Source of the DNA: Chrysochromulina tobinii
Taxonomy: Eukaryota
DNA: 37,716 bases
Reading direction: 5' to 3'
Assembly: GCA_001275005.1 (NCBI GenBank)
Contig: JWZX01002446.1
Span: forward strand, 1-37,716
How positions within the stretch are numbered: position 1 is the stretch's first letter; each line of letters begins with the position of its first letter. The translations under genes and the position numbers were made by a program. Shown piece after piece: positions 29,978 to 37,716 of this stretch. The notes below the pieces were generated by a model. It made no database searches and had not been told where the DNA came from. It saw only the letters and a program-made list of their open reading frames with translations.

Positions 29978-31621
29978 ATGCCTGCCCCGCGCCTTCCACC
30001 AGGATGGGGTGGCCCCAAAGAGGGTTACGTGAGCAGCCCCGCAAAGCAGCAGCCGACGCCCGGTTCATCGTTTACGTCCGGCTCGTCGTCCCTTCTCTCG
30101 GCCACCGAGCCTCCAGTGCCGCCATGCGTGGCTGGTCTCGAGCATGGTGTCGTGTACTATGAGCATCCACACGCGCCGGCATTCGACCCGCGACTGCGTT
30201 CAAAGCCCGAGCGCGTTGAGGCCATTAAGGCCAAGGTGCCGTCTCTCGATTTCACCAAGCTTCGCGGCGGCCACCGCAAGCCTGCCGCTCCAGTCGCGCT
30301 GGCAGCGTTGAAGCAGGTGACGGCGAGTGGTGGGCAGCCCAAGCCGTCGGTGGGCTTGGCTGCCAAGATGGCAGCCAATCCGCCGTCGCCGAAGCCGCCG
30401 CCGCCGCCGCCTGTAAACATGCAGCCCGCGATGCCGAGCTTTGCCGAGATGATGGCAAAGCCCAGCTTTGGCGCGGTGCTGCCCGAAATGGTCGAGGCCA
30501 AGGCGGTTTGGCCGGCAGCGTCGGCCGTGGCGGCATCGCCAGCGAAACCCGCTGCTACTGCGGCCGCGAGCGCTACGCCGGGTTCCGCCTACACCCCCTG
30601 GGGGACGCGCAAGCCCGTGGGCACCACCAGCGCAGCAGAGATGCTTCGACAGCTCGCCGAGGCGGAGCAGTTTGCCGAGACTCCGGCCTCGGCCTTTGGG
30701 CACATGGGCGCCGCCCCGCCCCGGCCGCCGCCGAGCAGCCAGAAACATCAATCGCAGATGCCCGCATCGAAGCGGCCGCCGCGCGCCAAGACGGGCGGCA
30801 TCGACTTCCTCGCGCGTCTCGAGCAGCTCGAACAGGAGCCCTTGTCGGAGCCGAGCGCGGCTGCTCCGTCTGCGGTGAATCCTCCGTCTGCTGTGGCTCT
30901 TCCGTCAGCTGCGGCCTCCGCCTCGTCGTCGCATGGAGCGAGCGTTGAGTCGGCCGGGCTAGGAAACGGGTACGCAGAGCTTGCCGCCGCTCCCATCGAC
31001 TTTTCGCAGGCCGCGCCGCCCGCACTCGCGGCGACGCTAGCGCACGCACACGTAGCGACGCCATCCAAGCAGCCCGCGACGACGCTAGCGCAAGCACACG
31101 TGGTGACGCCATCCAAGCAGCCTGCCGCGGGCGCCGACGAAGCTGGCTACAGCAGCAGCGACGGTGGCGCGTCGATCGCGTCTTCGGATGCGACGTCTTC
31201 GAGCGAGCCCGCGTGCACCGGCGACCAGCCGTCAGGGCCAGGCCTGGCCAAGGCGCACAAACGGTCGCCACAACGGTCCAGCCCAGCGCACGTGACGAAT
31301 GGAGGGCCGCGCCGGCTGCAGCTGGGTGGGAGCCCCGCCCCTGGCCCCGCCCCGACGAACGCGATGCTCAATCGTGTCTCGCCCTTGCGTGCGGGTGTCC
31401 TCGCGGGCGGCAACGCCTTCGAAACACGCATCTCGAAGGCGGCGCTGATGGGCGCGTCGCAGCCGCAGCAGGTGCGCGCTGCCGCCGTGCCGCGCGCCGT
31501 CATGGGCACCCCCCCGATGCGAGCGGGCTCGCCACTGCTCGGTGGAGCGCTCAGCCGCTCGCTCAACGCCGTGCAAGCCGCGCAAGCGGGCGGCGGCACT
31601 CGCCAGCGCGGCCTGTGGTGA
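29978..31621 (+). CDS. Hypothetical Pro/Ala/Ser-rich disordered protein
   Basis: Long open frame with its first ATG at 29978. No recognisable domain. Confidence 0.65.
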   Translation: MPAPRLPPGWGGPKEGYVSSPAKQQPTPGSSFTSGSSSLLSATEPPVPPCVAGLEHGVVYYEHPHAPAFDPRLRSKPERVEAIKAKVPSLDFTKLRGGHRKPAAPVALAALKQVTASGGQPKPSVGLAAKMAANPPSPKPPPPPPVNMQPAMPSFAEMMAKPSFGAVLPEMVEAKAVWPAASAVAASPAKPAATAAASATPGSAYTPWGTRKPVGTTSAAEMLRQLAEAEQFAETPASAFGHMGAAPPRPPPSSQKHQSQMPASKRPPRAKTGGIDFLARLEQLEQEPLSEPSAAAPSAVNPPSAVALPSAAASASSSHGASVESAGLGNGYAELAAAPIDFSQAAPPALAATLAHAHVATPSKQPATTLAQAHVVTPSKQPAAGADEAGYSSSDGGASIASSDATSSSEPACTGDQPSGPGLAKAHKRSPQRSSPAHVTNGGPRRLQLGGSPAPGPAPTNAMLNRVSPLRAGVLAGGNAFETRISKAALMGASQPQQVRAAAVPRAVMGTPPMRAGSPLLGGALSRSLNAVQAAQAGGGTRQRGLW

Positions 31622-32072
31622 GGCTCCCGCTAGGCTCCTGCTAGGCTCCTCAGCCGCGCGTGCTCCCGGTGACGATGCCAACGCGCCGCCGCCTTAGCTC
31701 GCTGCGGAGCTTTGGAGGCGACTGCGGGCAGCGTCGGCATCGCGCGAGCGACGCGCAGCTTCCCGGGGGCACGTGGATGTGGGCATGGCGCATGTGCATG
31801 CGATGTGAATATGGGGAAGATAGTGCAGATACGAGTGATGATGATGTCCCAACAAGTGTACGGGCTCATGTGCATGCTCACGTGGATGTGACGGGTACGC
31901 AAGTACACCAGATAGCGGATTTGTGCAGCGATAGCGTCTTGCGAAGCGTTTGTACCGAATCTGTCTTTCTTCCCTTGCCAAGCCTCGTCTGCTGGCGTGA
32001 ACCTGTTTCCGCACAGGAACCGGCAAAGTCCAGGAAAGTGCAAATCCAGGAGAAAAGCGGTCTCGAGATTGA

Positions 32073-32770
32073 ATGCTGCGACTTCTTGCCGCCGGGACGC
32101 TCTTGGTCTCATCGGCGAGCGGGTTCGCACTCAGCTCGGCTAGCCATGCGTCGGTCTCTTCGCGACGTGCAGTCGATGCGGTCGTCATGAAGGGCGCGTA
32201 CGATTTTTCCGCGAAGCGCCTGGGCACAGACGCAACGGTCAATCTGAGTGAATTTGAGGGCAAGGTGGCATTAATTGTCAACGTTGCATCGAAATGAGGT
32301 TTGACGGACACGAACTACAAGGAGCTCCAGTCGATGTACCAGCGGCTGGGCCCGAAGGGGTTCGTGGTCCTCGGCTTTCCTTGCAACCAATTTGGCGGGC
32401 AGGAGCCCGGAACGCCAGCAGAGATCAAGGCGTTCACCGACGGCTACGGCGTGACTTTCCCCTTGTTCTCCAAGGTGGATGTCAATGGGCCGAACACCCA
32501 CCCACTCTTCGCGTACCTGAAGAAGCAAAAGGGCGAGCTGCTGGGCGACGACATCAAATGGAACTTTGTAAGCCCGCAGCTGCTTGCCGCACTCAGCACT
32601 GCTGCCACTGCCTGCCCGCCTGTGCTGACCCGTCTCCGGTTCACCTCTCGTCGCAGGCCAAGTTCCTGATCGGTAAGGATGGCACCGTACTTCAGCGCTA
32701 CGGGCCGCCGCAGAGCCCGTCTGCCATCGAGAACGATGTAGTCAAGGCCCTCGAGAAGGTGTTCGTCTAG
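32073..32770 (+). CDS. GPX: Selenocysteine glutathione peroxidase, plastid-type leader; UGA(Sec) at 32295-32297; intron 32568-32656
   Basis: GKVALIVNVASK-TGA-GLTDTNYKEL places UGA at the catalytic C/U site. Also LGFPCNQFGGQEPG and IKWNF|AKFLI. ORFs 32073 and 32301 are in the same frame. Confidence 0.95.
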
Positions 32771-32830
32771 GCGTAGAGCTGCCGTGCTTGCAGCGCAGCT
32801 CTCGCATGTCTCACCCCGTCCCCGTGCCAT

Positions 32831-32936
32831 GCCGTGCTACCGAATGATCGACCTCTAGATGATGGCGCCCGCAACTGAGCTCCCAGAGAGTGAGCGGATG
32901 CCGGAGAAACCACTGTCGAACATGCATAGCACAGGC
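32831..32936 (+). promoter_or_regulatory. SECIS element (type II-like) in the GPX 3' UTR, followed by AATAAA at 32938-32943
   Basis: ATGA at 32859; helix II TGGCGCCCGC/GCGGATGCCG; AA at 32873; apical ministem CTC/GAG; GA at 32904. Outer helix pairs TCGAC/GTCGA and GTGCTA/TAGCAC. Confidence 0.8.
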
Positions 32937-33292
32937 TAATAAACACGGTGGAGATAGCCAATAGCGACACGTGAACGCACAATATCAGCCGCGTTACACA
33001 GCACCGGTGGCCGGGTACGCGCAGCTGAATCTTCTGTAGTTTCCAAGGGCGGCGGGGCGGCGCACAGACAGGCCTCGCTCAATTTAATACCATACACACT
33101 AGGGCGAAAGCACACGCGACGGCCGACGCGCCTGCTCCACGTGCTCCTCGAGGCAACTGCGATTTGTGTAGCGAAAGCTGTCAAGCTGCCTCTCCTTCGT
33201 GGTAGCCGAATGCGCAGCGTCTACGCTCGCGTCTCGCAGCCCTCTTGCCTCTGCACACAGCACACGACGCGGTGGTCGCGTCGCCTCGACCC

Positions 33293-33994
33293 TCACCAGG
33301 TGTAGCCAGCCCCACCCATCTCGACGGCCTCTATCTCTTCCTTGCTGAGCGGCTTGGGGCGGAAGCGCTTCGGCAGCTCCGCGAAGGTGATCGTGCCGGG
33401 CGGCGACGGCTTGCCGTCCTCGAAGCGCGAAGACAGCGGCAGTGCCGCCGCGGCCGATGCGGCGACGGGCTTGGCCTTGGCAGCAGCGATGGCCGCAGCA
33501 CCACGTGGTGGGAATTTGATGAGCGAAGGCCGACCGCCGGGGTGCAGGCGCACACTGGTAGCGATGGCTGCAGCTGCAGGCGATGGGGCTGACGGGGGAG
33601 GTGGTGGCGACGCCGCCGCAGCGGGCTTCGGTGGCGGTGTAGTAGCAGCGGAGGCTGGAGCGGTGGCGGCAGCGCCCGCTCCGCCAGCGCCCACATCAAT
33701 CTCGACTAGATCGGCTCCGACGAGCACGTTGTCATTCGGATTGTAGAAGAGGGCTTTGATCGTGCCCGACGCGGGCGCCCGCACCTCGACGGTCACTTTA
33801 TCAGTCTCAACCATGGCGAGGAGCTCCTCAATCGCAACGTAGTCGCCGACCTTCTTGTGCAGCGAGAGCAGCGTGCCCTCGGTGATACTGTCGCCCATCG
33901 TGGGCACCGGAAAGCGCTGCGTCGCGAGCGCTCGCGACGCGATCCGCCAGGGAGACAACAGCGCCGCGCCGCTCCTTGAGAATGAGCGCAACAT
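33293..33994 (-). CDS. Mitochondrial lipoyl-domain protein fused to a KGD4/MRPS36-like C-terminus (2-oxoglutarate dehydrogenase adaptor)
   Basis: Presequence MLRSFSR..RAL; E2o-like lipoyl domain VPTMGDSITEG..VETDKVTVEVRAP; PSLIKFPPR; C-terminal LPKRFRPKPLSKEEIEAVEMGGA. No acyltransferase core. Confidence 0.85.
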   Translation of the reverse strand: MLRSFSRSGAALLSPWRIASRALATQRFPVPTMGDSITEGTLLSLHKKVGDYVAIEELLAMVETDKVTVEVRAPASGTIKALFYNPNDNVLVGADLVEIDVGAGGAGAAATAPASAATTPPPKPAAAASPPPPPSAPSPAAAAIATSVRLHPGGRPSLIKFPPRGAAAIAAAKAKPVAASAAAALPLSSRFEDGKPSPPGTITFAELPKRFRPKPLSKEEIEAVEMGGAGYTW

Positions 33995-34164
33995 GAAAAC
34001 CCTCGACTCTCGGTGATTACATGTACTCGGTGGCCATCAGCGTGCGTCGCAAAAAGAATCTTCACACGCATTCTAAAAGAGGTCCAACCGATTGTCGTAC
34101 TTGTACATGTAGAAGCACACTTCACGAAATCCGATCGCGACATTTCCGCTAGGTCCCTATCGAG

Positions 34165-34676
34165 ATGCGTGCGTTGTTGGCCGCCGCTGCTCTAGGTGCG
34201 GCGAGTGCTTACTCACCAGCACCGACTGCATCTCCGTGCGCAACGCTGCCTCGACGAGCCGCCGTCGATCGCCGTGCCATTTTCATGGAGATGGAGGTGC
34301 GCCATGCGTCCAACTGAGGGTGCCCCACTAGTGCCTCAGGAATCACCTGGCGCTCGAACGCATTGTGCAGGAGCTCGAGTTCATCATCCACGCTGACGGA
34401 CGCGTGGAGGAGCGTGTACGCGGCATCAAGGGCGTGGACTGCCAATCGGTGACTGCTGAGATCAACAAGGCTCTCGGAGAGGTGATACAGTCGAAGCCGA
34501 CGCAGGAGATGTTTGAGCAGAAGGTAACGGCCCTGAACCGGCCCCATCTCACATGCCTGCCTCATCTGACAGGGACTGTAGCACATCGGCAGGTCGAGCT
34601 GTCGGTCGGCGTCGAAAACACGGTCTCCGAGACTTGGGGCAATGGCGGGAGCAGCGGCTCTTCGAAGGAGTGGTAA
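34165..34676 (+). CDS. DUF2997-family small protein, plastid-type leader; introns 34297-34370 and 34524-34592
   Basis: Leader MRALLAAAALGAASA-YSP. ELEFIIHADGRVEERVRGIKGVDCQSVTAEINKALGEV..PTQEMF matches the cyanobacterial-type DUF2997 pattern. Confidence 0.8.
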
Positions 34677-35223
34677 ACTGAGGAGTGCTCGTACACATGT
34701 TGTTCAACCATATCGGACACCATATGTCCCAGGGTGGCGGAGTCGGCAATGGAGTGAGCCGTCCCCTCACACGCCAGTCACAACGATGCATCGCGAAGAC
34801 GCCATCCGAGATGGACATCCCAAAACACGGGCCGGTTGTGAGGTCCGCACATCGTTGTGCTCGGCTGACGGGTGACCGGGCTCACGGCTGGCCCGCTCTA
34901 GCCTCGTGAGTTGTTGGTCTTTAATCTCCGCGAGCAAATATGTATCCATATCTACGGTGTCGACATGAATCACTGGTCCACTTCTGATGTTAACTTCAAT
35001 GGTTAACTTCTGAATCTCGTCATTGTACGAGAAACTTTTTAGAAATTTTGTGACGAGACATCTCGCTGACCCCGCGCCGACCGATCCCAGGATCCGCCGA
35101 TCTCGCCGCACGCCACGCCACGCCGCCACCACCCCTCCGACCGGCCCGCGGTCCGGACAACACGTGGTCGAACGGTGCGGGTCGTGCCCATGTGAAACCA
35201 TGTGGCCATTTTCGTGATGGCTG

Positions 35224-36231
35224 CTATGTGCGCGCTATGTGCGAGGCCGTGTGCCCAATCTCGCAGAATCGCGGGCGTCCATAGGCGTCGCGCATCCATC
35301 GCACCATTTGGAGCCCTAACGCCGCCTGCTCGCCCAGCCAGCGCTCAATGACGGGTGGGTGGCTCGTATCGACCTCGAGCCAAATGGAGCGTGGACCATC
35401 AGCGCGCAGCAGGCGCGGCGTGGCGAGCAGCAGCTCACGCACCACGTCTAGCCCGTCGCTGCCGCCGCACAGCGCTCCGGCGTCCTCGTGCCACGCGACC
35501 TCCGGCTCGAGCGTCGCCATGTCGGCACGGGGGATGTAGGGCGGGTTGGAGACGATCACGTCGAAGCGGCGAGGCGCGAGGTCGCAAGCAGCGATGCCGC
35601 CGTCGACCAAAAGGGACTCGTACCGCGCGCTCAGGCCGCAGCGCTCGGCATTCGCTTTGGACAGAGCGTGTGCCGTTGGACAGATGTCGATGCCGACGCA
35701 GCGAGCGTTTGGCAGACGGTTCAGCAAAGCCAAACCAATGGCGCCAGTTCCACAGCCGACGTCGAGGATATCGATATCGCTGCTGCGCCGTGCACCGCGA
35801 CCCCCGGTGCGATGGTCGTCGCCCAACGCCTCGAGCACGTGCTCCACAAGTTCTTCAGTCTCTGGCCGAGGGATTAGAACTGGCGGCCGCATCTCAAGCG
35901 TCAGGTCGTGGAAGTCCCAGTCGCCCAGGATGTACTGCACGGGCACGCGCTCGAAACGGCGTTTGCACATGCATTCGAAGGCTCGCGCGGCGGCCTCATC
36001 GAGCGGCTCGGATGCGTGCAGCGTCAGCTGCTTGCGATCGTTGCCAAAGCCAGCACATCGGGTCAGCAGGTGCTCGGCAGAGAGAGCTGGCTCGGGCACG
36101 GCTGCAGCTACGAAGGCTTCGGTCGCCAGCTGGAGCGCCGCGTTGAGTGGCGTCGTTGCCGGCAACTGGAAGCTGTTGACCGCCGCGCTCGAGGCGATCG
36201 AGCATAGGAGACGGAGTGGTCGCCTTATCAT
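35224..36231 (-). CDS. hemK: HemK/PrmC release-factor glutamine N5-methyltransferase (organellar)
   Basis: Motifs RVPVQYILGDWDF, VLIPRPETEELVE, ILDVGCGTGAIGL, DVIVSNPPYI and ALCGGSDGLD. Confidence 0.93.
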   Translation of the reverse strand: MIRRPLRLLCSIASSAAVNSFQLPATTPLNAALQLATEAFVAAAVPEPALSAEHLLTRCAGFGNDRKQLTLHASEPLDEAAARAFECMCKRRFERVPVQYILGDWDFHDLTLEMRPPVLIPRPETEELVEHVLEALGDDHRTGGRGARRSSDIDILDVGCGTGAIGLALLNRLPNARCVGIDICPTAHALSKANAERCGLSARYESLLVDGGIAACDLAPRRFDVIVSNPPYIPRADMATLEPEVAWHEDAGALCGGSDGLDVVRELLLATPRLLRADGPRSIWLEVDTSHPPVIERWLGEQAALGLQMVRWMRDAYGRPRFCEIGHTASHIART

Positions 36232-36348
36232 CGTTTGTGAATGGAAGCCTTTGTGTTTGGAGCCTGTACGGCCGTCGAGCAACTGAGGCGGGAGTGCTCA
36301 CCTATTCTGAAAGTCGTTGTGATCTCCCTTGAGGTTGCGTCCCCTGTG

Positions 36349-37410
36349 ATGACAACGATGCCGAGCCGGCCAATCTGTCTACTTGCGTTGCTGCCCGTCG
36401 CCGCGGCGTGGCTGCTGCACCTTCCGCCTGCAAATGGGCGCCCGGCGGCCGCCACAACAGGTGTGCAGGTCGGCTGGACTCGTGACCACCTCGCGTACGA
36501 TTTTTCCGCGAAGCGCCTGGGTTCACCAGCTCTGAAGTTTGACCTTGAGCTTCCTGACGATGACGAGGACGAGGACAAGGCGGACGAGGACAACAGCGCG
36601 CTTGCAGAGGACGAATACGAGATCAATATCAGCCAAACACCTGCCGTGAATATGACTGTCGAACAGTTGAGGACGCAGCTGAAGATGGTCGGGCAGAAAA
36701 GCTCCGGGACCAAGAAAGAGCTGGTCGAGCGCGTCCAAATGCTACAACGACGGCATGCGCTCAATCTTCCGGTGCACGACCTGCAGGTGCAAAATCAGGA
36801 GGAGTTCCGATGGTACATGCTGCAGACGGCCAACGGCTTCGAGCGCGCGGTGGAGCGCACGATCAATATGGCCGTAGTGGCGCAGCGGCTCACGAACAAA
36901 ATTGAGCGCGTCTTCGTGCCCGTCCTCGAGGGCGAGACGTCGGTGCGCGAGAGCTCCGTCATGCCGCAGTACATCTTCGTCCGCATGCGCATGGACCCGA
37001 AGCTGCACTTCTTCATCACGAACATGCAGTACGTGATCAACTTTGTCGGCGCCGACCGTGGCGGCCGAAGCGCGGCCGGTCAGATGGCTGGCAACCGCGG
37101 CTTTGTGCGCCCGATGCCGATGACTGACGAGGCCTTCGAGAAGATTGTCGCGCTCACGCGCGCCAAAACGATGCCCACGGCCGACGAGGGCGCCGTCGGC
37201 AAGGTTGATGTCTCGAGCATCGCCATTGCAGACGTCGTCGAGGTATGCGAGGGTCCATTCAAGGGGATGCAGGGCCCTGTTCTCGAGCGCAGCCCGCTCG
37301 AAGGCGAGGCTAACGAGCAGGCACTCACCCTCGTACTCTCCGTGATGGGGCGCGACACGCCAGTCACCGTCCCTGAGCGCCACTGCGCCAAAATAGCCCA
37401 AGCAGTGTGA
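36349..37410 (+). CDS. nusG: Plastid-targeted NusG-like transcription factor with an N-terminal SAP domain
   Basis: Signal peptide (ICLLALLPVAAA); SAP MTVEQLRTQLKMVGQKSSGTKKELVERVQ; NGN WYMLQTANGFERAV..MPQYIFVRM..VINFVG; KOW DVVEVCEGPFKGMQG; VMGRDTPVTV. Confidence 0.88.
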   Translation: MTTMPSRPICLLALLPVAAAWLLHLPPANGRPAAATTGVQVGWTRDHLAYDFSAKRLGSPALKFDLELPDDDEDEDKADEDNSALAEDEYEINISQTPAVNMTVEQLRTQLKMVGQKSSGTKKELVERVQMLQRRHALNLPVHDLQVQNQEEFRWYMLQTANGFERAVERTINMAVVAQRLTNKIERVFVPVLEGETSVRESSVMPQYIFVRMRMDPKLHFFITNMQYVINFVGADRGGRSAAGQMAGNRGFVRPMPMTDEAFEKIVALTRAKTMPTADEGAVGKVDVSSIAIADVVEVCEGPFKGMQGPVLERSPLEGEANEQALTLVLSVMGRDTPVTVPERHCAKIAQAV

Positions 37411-37662
37411 ACACGCACAGTCGAGTCTAGGCGCGGCCGCGTTACATCTTACAAGTCGCGATTCGGTATTGCCGCGGAGACCGGAGTAAACGGAAAACGG
37501 TCAACTTCGCAAACGTAAAGACTGAGCAGCCACAGGAGTTTATCTCGCAGATTGTGTCTCCATGTGAGCACTGTATGTTTATTCACCAAGGCGATCCGCT
37601 GCCGGGTTCAGGTGTACTTCGTGCGTAGCACATGACGTTCGTCGCGTCCCTGCGTATACACA

Positions 37663-37708
37663 GCGTCGGGTGCGTATACGCAGGTAGGTGCGTATACGCA
37701 CCCGACGC
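37663..37708. repeat. Perfect 20-bp inverted repeat with a 6-nt spacer
   Basis: GCGTCGGGTGCGTATACGCA-GGTAGG-TGCGTATACGCACCCGACGC. Confidence 0.85.
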
Positions 37709-37716
37709 CGCGTTTA

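Noticed and set aside
32295..32297. GPX as a pseudogene with a premature stop
   Set aside because: The TGA is at the catalytic Sec position and a SECIS follows.
34905..35060. AT-richer, coding-looking minus-strand fragment (KSFSYNDEIQKLTIEVNIRSG..)
   Set aside because: Short, with no recognisable homology or credible start; possibly a foreign remnant, but unsupported.

Overview
This is GC-rich, gene-dense eukaryotic nuclear DNA with spliceosomal GT-AG introns. It most likely comes from a haptophyte alga (Chrysochromulina-like), inferred from bipartite plastid-targeting leaders, a single-domain EukCatB-type channel, a UGA selenoprotein and the repeat-rich introns. About 19 protein genes are supported, in order: a pseudokinase-RING/Rcat-ankyrin protein (cut by the left edge and absent from the ORF track), a PGP/SHIPPO-repeat protein, a four-repeat polytopic membrane protein, a single-domain voltage-gated channel, a bestrophin-like protein, a V-ATPase c subunit, a PPPDE peptidase, a sulfatase, alpha-tubulin, an ARM/EF-hand protein, an SGNH hydrolase, a selenocysteine glutathione peroxidase with a SECIS, a lipoyl-KGD4/MRPS36 fusion, a DUF2997 protein, HemK/PrmC and a SAP-NusG fusion, plus low-complexity hypotheticals. 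The most striking structure is an apparent intron-generating insertion system between about 4.2 and 19.9 kb. It consists of about 13 short inserts, mostly built from reiterated 9-10-nt units (TCTGATTGC/TGATGACC) with shared fixed ends. Most are flanked by 5-39-bp direct duplications of host exon that supply the missing splice site. Antisense, minimal and tandemly amplified copies are also present. All splicing is inferred from sequence and frame restoration, not from transcripts.
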